NCBI GenBank assembly: GCA_052426225.1
Contig: JBNJNM010000011.1
Location: 806,001-870,000 of the forward strand
Direction: 5' to 3'
DNA: 64,000 bases
Origin: Zancudomyces culisetae HAW-14-8
Lineage: Eukaryota > Fungi > Kickxellomycota
Positions 12,298 to 23,981 of this stretch are shown piece by piece. The translations under genes were made by a program, and so were the position numbers. A model generated the notes under the pieces. The model saw nothing but the letters and a program-made list of their open reading frames with translations. It had not been told where the DNA came from and made no database searches. The number at the start of each line of letters is the position of its first letter. Positions within the stretch are counted from its first letter, which is position 1.

Positions 12298-12542
12298 TCA
12301 GATTCATAACAGCTTGATGTACATTTTTTGTTTCTTTGTTCAATCTTTATCCTCCTTTGATTTTTTTACACTCTCTTCTCACACATATTTTGCTCTTTTC
12401 CTTCATTTAGCTCTTTTTATTTATTGTCGTTATTATTTCGAGCCTTCAGGTTATTGTGGATGAGGCTTTATGTATATTAAGACTATTCAATACAAACTCA
12501 ACTCGCTATATAAGTTGGCTATGGTTAATAGGCTTAGTTTCA

Positions 12543-12595
12543 ACTTTTACTTTTACTTTTACTTTTACTTTTACTTTTACTTTTACTTTTACTTT
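12543..12595. repeat. (ACTTTT)n microsatellite, ~9 copies
   Basis: Directly visible; explains the spurious FTFT/FYFY ORFs. Confidence 0.95.
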
Positions 12596-13116
12596 CTCTC
12601 TTCAGCACCAGTTTTTCCAGCTCATATTGTTGGCACCTTCTCACACGATAAAGTGACACGAAATTCTTCAAAAAACACATCAATGTACTGGGGCATTGTA
12701 TCTAGTAAAACTTCTATTTATTATCTGTCTACTTTGAAAAAATATAATTGTAATGAACTTTGAAAGTAAACCTATAACTTTCATCGCTCTATTTTCATCA
12801 GCTGTGCCAATGCCAGAGTTTAGTTTCAGGTCATTATAAAAATGGCATAAGACATGCATCAATAGAAAGAAAGCTCAGGGGTGTGTGATATCAGGAAATG
12901 GAGTGGCAGAAATATATACCTGTACAACATATATTATTTTCGATTATGAGCTTGATCGCTTGACCATCTAATCGCTTAATCATATTTAAGAGCGAGGCAA
13001 AACAATACTTTAGTGTGCTAGAATACAAGAGATTTCTACAAGTCGAAAAAAAAAATAAAGCTCTCTATTTTCTAAAAAAAATAGTAATATAGCCAAGTAA
13101 AGTGGAGTACTGGCCT

Positions 13117-16100
13117 TTAATCATACCTGTTGTGAGTGTCGAACATACATTTTAGATCCTGTAGTTTTACAATGACATCAACAATCAGGAAAGTATTATA
13201 CATATTGACGGCTCTCTCCCAATTCAAATGGAAATCTGAAGGGCGCTGTGGATCTAAGCACTCAGAACTGTTTGAAATGAACGAAGAGTTACCATGTGAA
13301 CCTGTGTAGCTTTCCAGATATGTCGATCTTTCATTGATGGGAGTGCTATTTTGACATGGGGCACAAGGATATTTGGTCTCCAAAGGTTCACCACCGCTAT
13401 ACACCTCTATATTACTGGTAAAAGACTCGATGTGTCCTGATCTTTTATCAATAGATCCATTAACTATTCCAGATGTGTTTCCTAGAGTTACTTTCAGATG
13501 TTGTCTGTTCCATATTCTCCAACACCGAAGTAAGGTCCTATTTACTCTATCGCTTTTATTTGTCAGCATATTACGTTTATCGACATGACCGAATTGAATT
13601 AATCCATTGCTACACTCCACATAAAGCTGGTAAAGACATGATAGGTAATGGTATACAAGTGAAGATGAAAGCTGGGCTCTGAGCCCCATGGCTATAGCAA
13701 AAAGTTGTTCAGTATATTCATCATTGGGAGTTTCAAGTAAAGAGGACTCTGTACTATCTTCAGTAAATTGTTTACTTGAGGATCCGCAAGTAGAATTTTC
13801 AAAAAGTTTATCAAGGATGGTGTTTCTATCGGCGTATACGCTGGTCTGACCATGTGTATTTTCGTTTTTTTCTTTGATATCACAGTCCAAGTGGTTCTTT
13901 TGTCCATTGTTTGTTATCACACTTACCTCACTTAGTAGCTTTTTCGGCGTTTTATCCATTATTCGATTGATACAAACATTTTCGCTGTAGAGTCGCAGCT
14001 TTTTAATAGCTTGTTCTGTTTTTTTTCGAAAATAATGACTATCTGCTGTTTTTATTGCTCTATCGAGTATCACCAACTTTTTAAAAGCGTTGACCTTTAA
14101 ACGAGTAGCGATCGACTCTGCAAATTCATCAAGTCTCCGTATAAGATCCCCACTCAAGTTCTCAGCAAAATTCGAACCAGAACCTCTCTTATCTTGTGCA
14201 CCTGAGGTCATGTCAGATACCGGCTGCTTCGAAGTGTACCTAAACATAGATTTACTACTATCTCCCGCCTGGAGTTGTCTATTGTACCTTAAATTATTCC
14301 AAATGTCGCTGACTCCAAAGTCGTAAAGCGCGGTATCCGAAAAAAATATTCGCTTGGACAACTCAGGACGCATAAGAGAAGGTGAACTATTTTTTGTTGG
14401 CAAAAGTTTGTTGTTTATGCGTAGTGTTTCTTCTGATAATGAGTCTGAATGAACCCTGAAATGTTGCGGCATTTCACTAAAGATTCTGGGTGCGGGAGGT
14501 GACACCTCCACACCTTGAGTAGAGCAACCACCGGTTTTGTTCGTCTCTGAAACCAGATTTAAAAGCGCGGGTTCCTCAACTAGACTATGTGTTGTTTTTT
14601 GCAAATCACAACTATTTGTGTTTCCATTGGTATTCAGCACACAATGGGCGTGTAAGTCCGCATGGTCGTCAACCATCAAAACATTATTTGCTATTTTTGA
14701 TTCTGAAGACTTTTTTCTGGCATTCTCCTTATAAGTCACCCCTAAAGGTTCATACGAGCCGTAAATATGGCTGCTTTTTTCATTCACCAAGACGTTATTG
14801 TGGTAGCTGGCTCTACCGCACAAATCTTGATTGTTATACTGGCTGCGCTTATACGCAAGATAGCCTTGTATACCGTTTGATACATAGTTCCTATCACTTC
14901 CCAATCTCTTTATATCGTCAAATGCCTTTAGCCATACAGAGAATGCATGTTTTCTGAGACCATTTGTATAGGATTTTACTCTTTGTGTATATATGTTTGT
15001 GGATTTGTAATACGCATTAGATGTTGCAATATGTTGTACACGTATTTGACTGCCGCACCTGAGTCTGCAGATTAGAATGTTCATTGTGTGCCGTAGATAC
15101 CAGACATGCCACTTATTTTCTATGTTTTTGAGACAAGCATGCTCTTCACGCCACTTCGTTAAAGCTAAATAAAAAATCGCCCTTGTTTTTTTTTCATGAT
15201 ATTTCAAAAGCATCTTTTTCGTCTGCAAGCACTCATGACGAACATGTAAAAATAACTCCTTGCAAACTGCTGAGCGATTATTCTGGGCCAACAACTTGCA
15301 CTTTTCTAAAAGCATTCCAGTGTATAAAATATGATTTAGCAATTTCCGCTTAACGTCTTTATGCCAAAATAATTCTTTTGATTCTATATCTGCAAAATAT
15401 TTTTTACATGCCTTTAGCTTATTCAAAAAGGAGAATTCAATCCGTGTATTTTTCCTAGTCAGAAAAATCATCTCCAATCTTTTTAAGCGCCTAATCCTTG
15501 AATCCGAATAATTTACAACTTCAATAAATTCCAGAGTATTGCGAGTATAAACATTATCTTTCCGAGCAAACAAAACCACCTTATGGAGAACATCATATTT
15601 CAGTTTTTCCGTCCTTATTTTTACATATTCGCGAAAAAGTATGACCAAATGTTTAATTTTGACTAACTCAGCGATGGTTCTGCTATAGACCATATTTTTT
15701 CTAAATGTTTCGCCCTTTTTAGCTAATAGCAAGAGGCTGTACTCATTTTTATTATTCATGTCGACTGCATTTGTTCTTAATACGTGATTTGAGCTCGCGA
15801 ACTCGCTCTCAAAAGCCGAGTTGAAAAACGAGTGTTTTACGCCCTCGCTCTGCGCTGTAAGTTTCGATATTTGTGACCCCATCAAGAAAAGATTGTACAT
15901 AACTCTACTATCATGTGCATTTTGGTCGTCTTTATCCGCAAAATTATTTTCAAATGGGAAAATACTCGATAAGAGCCTCTGATTATTTCTCTCTAAAGAC
16001 CGAAGCAACAATTTTCTCCACCTATTTATCTGCTGTTCTTCTCCCGTTTTACACCTTCTATTCAACCATAACTCAAAAACTCGCTTCTTTAGCTTTTTAT

Positions 16101-16167
16101 TGTAGAATTCAATTGCTATAGACCAATTTAGCAATGCAACCTCACGTCGCTGTACGCCTTTTTTCAT
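13117..16167 (-). CDS. Large hypothetical protein with Sfi1-like Trp repeats (possible spindle-pole-body/centrin-binding protein); 5' exons unresolved
   Basis: 1016-codon open frame. Recurring basic helical segments ending in F/L-x-x-W: AIEFYNKKLKKRVFELW, FYLALTKW, KHAFSVW, LLRCWRIW. Confidence 0.55.
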   Translation of the reverse strand: MKKGVQRREVALLNWSIAIEFYNKKLKKRVFELWLNRRCKTGEEQQINRWRKLLLRSLERNNQRLLSSIFPFENNFADKDDQNAHDSRVMYNLFLMGSQISKLTAQSEGVKHSFFNSAFESEFASSNHVLRTNAVDMNNKNEYSLLLLAKKGETFRKNMVYSRTIAELVKIKHLVILFREYVKIRTEKLKYDVLHKVVLFARKDNVYTRNTLEFIEVVNYSDSRIRRLKRLEMIFLTRKNTRIEFSFLNKLKACKKYFADIESKELFWHKDVKRKLLNHILYTGMLLEKCKLLAQNNRSAVCKELFLHVRHECLQTKKMLLKYHEKKTRAIFYLALTKWREEHACLKNIENKWHVWYLRHTMNILICRLRCGSQIRVQHIATSNAYYKSTNIYTQRVKSYTNGLRKHAFSVWLKAFDDIKRLGSDRNYVSNGIQGYLAYKRSQYNNQDLCGRASYHNNVLVNEKSSHIYGSYEPLGVTYKENARKKSSESKIANNVLMVDDHADLHAHCVLNTNGNTNSCDLQKTTHSLVEEPALLNLVSETNKTGGCSTQGVEVSPPAPRIFSEMPQHFRVHSDSLSEETLRINNKLLPTKNSSPSLMRPELSKRIFFSDTALYDFGVSDIWNNLRYNRQLQAGDSSKSMFRYTSKQPVSDMTSGAQDKRGSGSNFAENLSGDLIRRLDEFAESIATRLKVNAFKKLVILDRAIKTADSHYFRKKTEQAIKKLRLYSENVCINRIMDKTPKKLLSEVSVITNNGQKNHLDCDIKEKNENTHGQTSVYADRNTILDKLFENSTCGSSSKQFTEDSTESSLLETPNDEYTEQLFAIAMGLRAQLSSSLVYHYLSCLYQLYVECSNGLIQFGHVDKRNMLTNKSDRVNRTLLRCWRIWNRQHLKVTLGNTSGIVNGSIDKRSGHIESFTSNIEVYSGGEPLETKYPCAPCQNSTPINERSTYLESYTGSHGNSSFISNSSECLDPQRPSDFHLNWERAVNMYNTFLIVDVIVKLQDLKCMFDTHNRYD

Positions 16168-17171
16168 TGCACTAGTTACAATTAAATGCTTGTATTATTA
16201 GATTTTTTACGCTCTCGTGCACTATGGTGTGTATATTTGTAATCATGCACTATCAAAATTCATAAAAGTGCAGGGGATAGGGGGCCTATACTAATGTATA
16301 CGTACCTCAATCTTGTCGAATAGTCCATTTCATTCATTTGGTTTAGTATTTTCATCTCAGTTTATCTATCCTTATGCTTGCCTTACCCATGTGTACAATA
16401 AAATAGTCCCTTGATAAATATCTGTCTTAGAATGGATTTTTTTATACATCCATGCTGACTTTATTTCCAGAATTTTAAATAATTAAATATAAAAGTTTCG
16501 CGTTCGTATTTCTTGTTGTATTATCTATACCATATTCCCTAGTTTTTGGTGCAGTAACTAAATAGTTACTTTGTTTGCTCTATTTTTTTTATCTCGAAAC
16601 GCTAAAAGGTCAATTTCTGAGAGAATAACCAACATATTTCAAGATTTATCAATCATGCCAGCCAATAAAAACCAAAACCCAATCCAGATACGTGAATAAG
16701 AAAAAAGAATAAACGCGAAGTTTTGCCAATTATCCGTTAATATATGTCCATGAGTTGGAAACAAGAGCGCAAATCGGCGAATACCTCTTTTCCTCATATA
16801 TACACCAATATAGTCATTTCTCTGTTCTACAATTAGATTGAGTTAACGAGTTTTTCATAGACATTTAGTGGGCCACCCGCAGCTAAAAAAATCTCCAAAT
16901 AGTAATACTAGCGACTCTCTTTCGTATATTTCCTCCCAACAGCTGTTTATAAACATATTGAAGATAATCAGGGCTTCAAAACCAAGTACAATTTACCCAT
17001 TATAAACCAGAAATTCTTTTCAAAGAAATTTTATTTGCTATCTACAACAAAATAAAAAAGTAGTATCAATACCAAAGAAAAAGATAAGAAAGGAGGAGTG
17101 GTCAAGCCACGATAACATCAGCAACCGACTATTCAGATCCTGAAAAAATTTAAAACACAAGCAACGCGTGT

Positions 17172-18107
17172 TTAAGAGGCGGCATCACTAGGGGCATCTG
17201 ATGAAGCCTCTTCAGTATTATCAGAGGTGGCTTCAGATTCAGAGCTCTCAACTGAGGTATCGGCTGGAGCCTCAGTTGTCGCGCTCTCAGCTGAAGTGTC
17301 GACTGAAACCTCTCCAGCAGCATCAGACGAGGTCTCAGTTGCAGCTCCAGTGGCTGATGCTGATGAAGCGGATGAAGCAGATGAGTCAGTTGAAGTGGAT
17401 GTACCGGTGGTTGAACCCTCTGATTTCTCATCCGAATCCTCTGAATCCTCATCTGAATCTTCAGTATCTGAACCATCTGAGGTTGGTTTTGATGGACTTG
17501 GTTTGTTCCCTCCGTCATTACCTTTCATTTTAACCAATACATCGTGTAATGCGTCCAAGTAGTTTTTCTTTTCTTCGGAGGTCATCTGTGCGTACGGCTT
17601 ATCAGGAAACAATGGCTTACTAGATGCATCACCTCCACTTCCGCTTCCACTCCCACTCCCACTCCCACTTCCGCTTCCACTTCCACTTCCACCCCCAACT
17701 CCACTTCCGCTTGCACCACCTTTCATTTCAATTCGCATTTGGTTCAAAATGTTTCGCAAAACGTTTGCATCAATGACAAGAGTATTTCCTGGTCCTCGCT
17801 TAGAGTTAGATAGAATCATCTGGTACGCTTTAAGAGTAGAAATATCAACTGCAGTGCCTGGCACACTTACTGGAGCAGTAGAAGAGGAGACTGCACTACT
17901 TGTAGCACTTGGAGCTGAAGATGCTGGAGCTGTACTGCTTGGAACACTTGCAGCACTTGTGGCACTTACAGCGCTTGTAGCATTTACAACACTTGAAATA
18001 GAAGATGCTAGGCTTGTACTGCTGGCTGCTGATGTATCAGTGCTTTGGGCCAATACTGATAGTCCGAATAGTGAAAGAACTGAGACGTATTTCATAATCA
18101 TTTTCAA
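17172..18107 (-). CDS. Secreted Ser/Ala/Thr-rich protein, paralog A (311 aa) with (GS)n linker and acidic tail
   Basis: Signal peptide MKMIMKYVSVLSLFGLSVLA|Q; intronless ORF; paralogous to 26319-27104. Confidence 0.85.
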   Translation of the reverse strand: MKMIMKYVSVLSLFGLSVLAQSTDTSAASSTSLASSISSVVNATSAVSATSAASVPSSTAPASSAPSATSSAVSSSTAPVSVPGTAVDISTLKAYQMILSNSKRGPGNTLVIDANVLRNILNQMRIEMKGGASGSGVGGGSGSGSGSGSGSGSGSGSGGDASSKPLFPDKPYAQMTSEEKKNYLDALHDVLVKMKGNDGGNKPSPSKPTSDGSDTEDSDEDSEDSDEKSEGSTTGTSTSTDSSASSASSASATGAATETSSDAAGEVSVDTSAESATTEAPADTSVESSESEATSDNTEEASSDAPSDAAS

Positions 18108-18524
18108 TTACTTTGTTATTTTCTGTTGTTTTAGTTGTAGACTAATTATTATATTAAGACTGGTAATTAACACTGTATAATAAATATACTTTATATTTTT
18201 GTAATGAAAAGAAATATGGGAAAGTCGATACGATATTTATAGTTTTTTTTTTTTTTCTCGTTTTCAGTGTCATTTAGATTCTTGGTACTAAACATGTATG
18301 AGTATATGGGCTACTATCAGGTGCAATATGGTAACAAACATATGAATATTCTATTATGTGCATGTATTGATGTAATATTTGTTCCGAATTTAGCTAATGG
18401 CCATTTAAAATGTAAAGAAAGTGGATATTTGGAAGCTAATACAGAAAATTGTGCAAACAAAAGAGAAATGTATTGAAGGTGATTAGAGTATACAGTGGGC
18501 TATGCATTAACGAGTATAAACTCT
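17898..18524. repeat. Left arm of inverted duplication (promoter + 5' CDS of paralog A)
   Basis: Reverse complement of 25902-26510. 17985-18524 appears identical to 25902-26441 (coordinate sum 44426 at both the ATG and the outer edge), followed by an 18-bp indel and ~69 bp near-identical sequence. Confidence 0.95.
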
Positions 18525-19733
18525 CCTATGGTACGATCATTTTCTGATCTTTCCCAGGTACCCATTTACTTTTTCTTTTTTTGCTAGATAGATTGCTATT
18601 TAATTTGTTTTGTTTTGTTTTTTATTCACTGCCATGATTATTTCAAGGCTTTTTTTACGCCAACTTGGTACAAATTGTCTATAGAGGGTATTATATTACC
18701 ACTCTATTAGCTGAATTGTATCCACTATAATACTTTTAAATCAAAAAATTTCTCGACAGCCTGTAACCAAAGTCTTCTAAATCGTAATGATCAGCCACAA
18801 AAATGTATATGCCAAGTCCAAAGCAAATAAATAAAACAATGAGTGGTAAATGGAACAAACTACGAGGCTTTGCTGCACTCACAAACACATTTAACATGAT
18901 TGAGGTATAGCTAGTAAATTAATTTTATTTAAAAACCAAAAACGAATACACCAATCCAATAACCTCATTGAATACTCAGATATTCCATATCCCTCTTTTC
19001 ATGCATCCCTCCCTATCTGCAAATGCGCCAAATCTTTCAAGACAATTTAATTTTTTCTCAATCCTACTAGGGGCCCAAAAAAACTTCAAAGTAAATAAAC
19101 CCAATGGTCCAGTCGCTCTGATTTTCAAGAGCAAAATACTATCTTGACAGTATTTGTTGCAATGTTCTGAAAATAGAGCTATTAACCATTTATATTACTC
19201 GACCAAATGTGTAATTCTCAGTACTTGAAGTTTGAGGGGCTGAAGCTTGGGTAGGGGAGGGGGAATGTTATTCTTGAAGCTTTTGCAAAGCTCGAGTTCT
19301 TGGGTTTAACTTGTTCTGCCATCGTGTTATTTCCGAGTAAACTCAAATACTATACAGTTTGCTAGCTTTTAAATTGTTACGTTTTTGATCTGGTGCCAAA
19401 TAATAATTGCAAATTAGTTTTGCAAGAAAAACTAATGGAAGATAGATAACAATTCAAAAACTTTCCAAGAAACAAATCTTTATTTTTTAAGCACAACTCT
19501 TACTCTAATGAGAAATTTTCATTTAGAAAGATGCTTAGAACAAAATAAAGATTTCAAATCCCCCTCCCCATCCCTGTAATTATCGCTTTAAGTTATCAAC
19601 GAATTCTTCCTATTCGACATGGTTGGTTTATCATGCGAAGTGGTACGTTGATCCCTGTTTATTTATTTACAAAAGAATTATATTTTCTATTTTGGCAATT
19701 CCGAAATAGATTAAAAAAGGAATCAAGTAAATT

Positions 19734-21149
19734 TTAGTCAAGTAAAAGTTTAAATGGGTAGCTAGGATCTTTCGTTCCTATAGCTGAAAATACAAAGCTC
19801 CATGTGAAGACCAGCGTAAAAACACAAAGAATCACTACACCAGCTTCTGATCCCTTATCTTCCAAATCGCTAATATAACTTGTTAGAATAACAAATGTAC
19901 CTGCCAATACGAGATCTAAATAATAAGCATCAAGTTAATACAAATTAATACAAATACTCATTTAGCACTTGGTAGAAATAAACTTTAGACTTACATGCAA
20001 GAAAAATTGTATGCATTTCTACTCCGAGCTGAGACTGAGTTCCGGGAACAAAAATTATCGGATCCATGGACTCTCGTTTAGCCAAAATATAACTAGGTCT
20101 GTTGATATTTACCCACATATACCCAGCTTGAAGTAAAAGAATAAAAATTATTATTAGAGTCAGCACTATGTTCTTAACATATGCTTGTATTTCGGGATTG
20201 AGGTGGCTTCTAAAAGCCATAACGAGCACCATAGAAATAATAACTAGAAGCTGAGCATAACCATATAATGATTGCTTTGTACGCACTAGGATCTAATTTT
20301 TATATATCTGTTAACGTCATAAAAAACCCTCTCACAGCTTTTGCAAATATGACATACATTATCCTCTGTCTGCAATACTTTGCATATTTCCATCTCTAAT
20401 TCATCGTGCTTGACTCTATAATATTAACAAGGAAAGTATAGGCTATATCGCAGAAATATGTGAATAAAAATTTACAGGCTATTGATATATACCTCTTGTT
20501 TAAAGCGATCTCTTTAATAGAGTTTTTTGGAGATTTATCGTTCGAGGTAGGAGGTTTCAAGATAAAAAGTTTAGGAACCTCAATCTACAAGTATTCGCAT
20601 AGAGGCACCAATATATATGTTTACATTTATCCATAAATATAAACATAAAAATATATGTATTTACCAATATTAAAACAGATATCCAAGTATAATATAAAAT
20701 GGAACATTACCTCTAGTTCGGCGTTTGAAATGTCTAAAAAATCAACTTTTATAAAATACAACTCATGAATACCACATTTTTTGTTCTCAGACTGAATAAT
20801 TTTAGACACTTCCTCTTCTATTGTCCTATATACTCGGTTGTATTCAAAGTTAAATCAAAATTTTGATCAAAACAAAAACATCCCTACTCTGCAATATAGG
20901 CATAAAATTGAATAAATGGCAGTACCTGCAATATTTGCATTTTATGTCGCTTCTTATTGTCGTCACTAAAAGAACTAGTGGCACTTTTTGATTTTCCAGA
21001 TAAATATATCTCTCCAGCTGCTCCTTTCCAACAGTGTTCCAACCTCCTTTCCTCAAACCAACGTCCGAGGCCCCAGTCTTAAAAAAATAACAAAGAATGA
21101 GTGTAAAGCACACCCGCATAAAGCGTAAACTAATCTCTGTTATTCTCAT
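19734..21149 (-). CDS. OST3: Oligosaccharyltransferase subunit OST3/OST6 (MAGT1/TUSC3 family), multi-exon
   Basis: Signal peptide, thioredoxin-like CKYC, GYMWVNINRPSYI..IFVPGTQSQLGVE between TM helices, C-terminal KDPSYPFKLLLD*. Confidence 0.82.
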
Positions 21150-21505
21150 TGGTACTTTTTAAAATCTAGTTCGTATTCTCGGCTTTCTGTATTTGATTTG
21201 AATGTCTTTTTATTGAGGATGGAGCACAGAATAAACCAAGTAATCACAATAACCCAGTTTGAGTGTGGGTCAATTTGTCAAACTTTGAGTTTTTTTTTGT
21301 TTAATTTACCCTATTTACAACATAATCTAAAGCATTGCTCAACTCTGGCAATTTCGAGCCATTTACGTAAACTGTCCTAATTATTTGTTGTTGTGATCCA
21401 CTAGATCTGGGAGTTGGCAAAATGGATAAAATATGAGATAATTACAAAACTACTTATGACACTTACTTTAGAGCAAGTCTACCTATTTATGGATATTGTA
21501 AGGAT

Positions 21506-22751
21506 ATGGCAGAACTAGAAAAACGCATAATGAAAAGGGAGCTTAGGAAAAACATAAACTCAATTCTTCGTAGAATACCGGATTCTCAAGTCAGCACACA
21601 ATGTATGTGTTTTCTTTGTTATATGTTTTTTTTTGTTATATGATATTAGAACTTAGATACCACTTTGTATAGCTGCACAGATTTACAAAAAGTTGCTAGA
21701 GTTGCCACAGTTTAACCACTCCAAAAGAATATGTATTTATCTACATATGAATAAGGAAGTTTGTACATCAATGATTTTGCAGAAATGTTTTGAAATGAGT
21801 AAATTCCCAACACTAACTTTTAAAATAGAATTCCCTTTCTCTGTTCTTCTCGCTTTCTGAATATTTGTATTATGACACATATTACAACACTCATAGTTTA
21901 CTGGAAACTATCTGAATATACGAATAGAAAAGGAATGCTTTATACCTCTTATCAAAAATGACGATATGGACATGGTGAAATTAGACTCAATGTCCGATTA
22001 CTACAGCTTGCCCAAGAATAACTGGGGCATACCTGAACCAGGTTTGAGTGATAATAGGGCGACGTGTATGTATATTTTTATCGGTTCATTTGTTTATTAT
22101 CTCTTTATGTGCACCGTTTTTTTAGGATGGCTGGATTGATAAGAGCTATTCCTGAAAGGAGAGGGAAGGGTTGTTAATCTGGCGTTTGTTTGCTTGCTTG
22201 TTTTTCATCTAACAGTTATCATTTCTAATACAAATATCCTTACTGTATTTTAATAGGCTTCGATAACAAGAACCAGGCTCCTGACCTGGTAATAGTTCCA
22301 GGGTTGGCGTTTGATAGGGGTGGAAACAGATTGGGTCGTGGAAAAGGGTAGCATCTCGCATCTTATGGTTTTTAAATACTTTGAACAAAGTCATGATAAG
22401 ATGCTATTTACGGACCTGAATATTTTTGTGCTTTGAACTTTAAAAAGTGTAATGTGTGTATTTGTAATACAAAATAGTTTTTACGATCGCTTTTTCCAGA
22501 GATGTCATGAGTTTTGTAAAACTCACAATATGAACCCACCTCATCTAGGTAAATATGAGCATACATCAATTCATGTTTTTTACAAGTAAAATTTGGTCGT
22601 TATAACGATTTATGCTGGACCACATATAGTTGGAATTGCCTTTGACGAACAAATCGTTGAAAATGTGCCTGTTTCACGCTTGGATGTCCCACTTGACTGC
22701 ATAATCTCGCCATCGCTTTCTGTTTGCAGAAGCCCAGAGTCACATGTTTAA
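21506..22751 (+). CDS. FAU1: 5-formyltetrahydrofolate cyclo-ligase (MTHFS/Fau1), multi-exon
   Basis: Spliced manual translation: KRIMKRELRK.., IYLHMNKEVCT, LPKNNWGIPEP, DLVIVPGLAFDRGGNRLGRGKG|FYDR, GIAFDEQIVENVP..DVPLDCII. Confidence 0.88.
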
Positions 22752-23051
22752 ACTTCACCAGACAACATAGATGTTATTTTCATTTAGCCACCTTTTTAGA
22801 GGCGCTTTTTTTCTAAAAAAAAAAAAAGCTTGGTTGTTTTGGATGTGTTTACGTAGAGCTTCTTAAATCATAGCGCGTTTTTTTATTACTGCATATATCG
22901 ATCTGCAAACCTTTTAAAAATGAAAACTATCTGGATCAAAAAATAAACACTCATAAAAATATGAGAGCAAACCACCATAAAATTGAACAATATGCACACA
23001 CAAAAATTCACACGCAAACTCACACTAATTTTGAGCTGCTGTTACCTGTAC

Positions 23052-23981
23052 TTAACTATCTGCTTGACAAAAATCACAAAATAACTTCAAGAGGGTATCA
23101 TTTTCAAGAGCTCCAAAATGAGTTCCATAATCCTCTTCAACAAGCCTAATGTTTTCCATTTTCAACTCTTGGAGATGCTTAAAGTAATCCTGGGACTGCT
23201 GGTGATCTAATAGCTCGTCTTTTGTGCTACGGATAATCCAGTACTTCAGATGATGCATCATTTCTCCGTGTGGCCTGAATGTGGGAGGATACAACGAATT
23301 CATAACTTCACAATCAGCTTGGCTAAACGGTGCGTGCATAGGTGCAGTAGCATTCCACTTAGTTCTATCAGTGCCAAATGTCATTTCTGTAAACTCTAAA
23401 TAGTCAGGATATCTATCTACTAGTGATGTGTGATCATAGATTCCGCAAAGTCCAATTACACCTCTGATTCTTTTTGAAATCGGAAGATCACTCCCATCAG
23501 CATCTAAGCTCTCCCACCAAGCTTGGGGAGGGTCAAGAGCTGTCAAACCTGTCAGATGACCGCCTGCAGAATGTCCACACAGATATATTCTTGATGAATC
23601 ATAGCCGTATTTTGTACCATTCTGCACCAGAAACTCAATTGAGCTCAAGCAGTCAAGCCAGTGTTTTGGGTGTTTAAATGAGGGCGGAAGCTCTCTGTCA
23701 GTCAGCCTGTAATTGATTACACAAATAGAAACAAGCCCACCAGTGGCAGATTTTTCTGTTCCCGTCGCACATGCCTGTTGACCGAATTTGGCCATCGTGG
23801 TGCCCAGATAGACATACTCCGACTTGTCACTCGATCTCCAACAGCCTCCATGAATGTAGACAAAGAGGGGTGGTAGGCGCTCCTGATCGAATGCCTGTTG
23901 AGGTATATACAAGTCAAGGGTTTGTTCCTTATCAGTACTTCCTTCGATGTATGGTATATCCTTGTGTACAATTGTACTCAT
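23052..23981 (-). CDS. Alpha/beta-hydrolase, kynurenine formamidase-like (AFMID/Bna7)
   Basis: QTLDLYIP, YIHGGCW oxyanion motif, GHSAG nucleophile elbow, DELL and THF catalytic Asp/His region. Confidence 0.8.
   Translation of the reverse strand: MSTIVHKDIPYIEGSTDKEQTLDLYIPQQAFDQERLPPLFVYIHGGCWRSSDKSEYVYLGTTMAKFGQQACATGTEKSATGGLVSICVINYRLTDRELPPSFKHPKHWLDCLSSIEFLVQNGTKYGYDSSRIYLCGHSAGGHLTGLTALDPPQAWWESLDADGSDLPISKRIRGVIGLCGIYDHTSLVDRYPDYLEFTEMTFGTDRTKWNATAPMHAPFSQADCEVMNSLYPPTFRPHGEMMHHLKYWIIRSTKDELLDHQQSQDYFKHLQELKMENIRLVEEDYGTHFGALENDTLLKLFCDFCQADS

Noticed and set aside
12456-12763. ORFs with FTFT/FYFY runs
   Set aside because: Produced by the (ACTTTT)n microsatellite.
18267-18476. Identical 69-aa ORFs here and at 25950-26159
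   Set aside because: GTG-start frames inside the duplicated promoter; their identity reflects the DNA duplication, not coding constraint.
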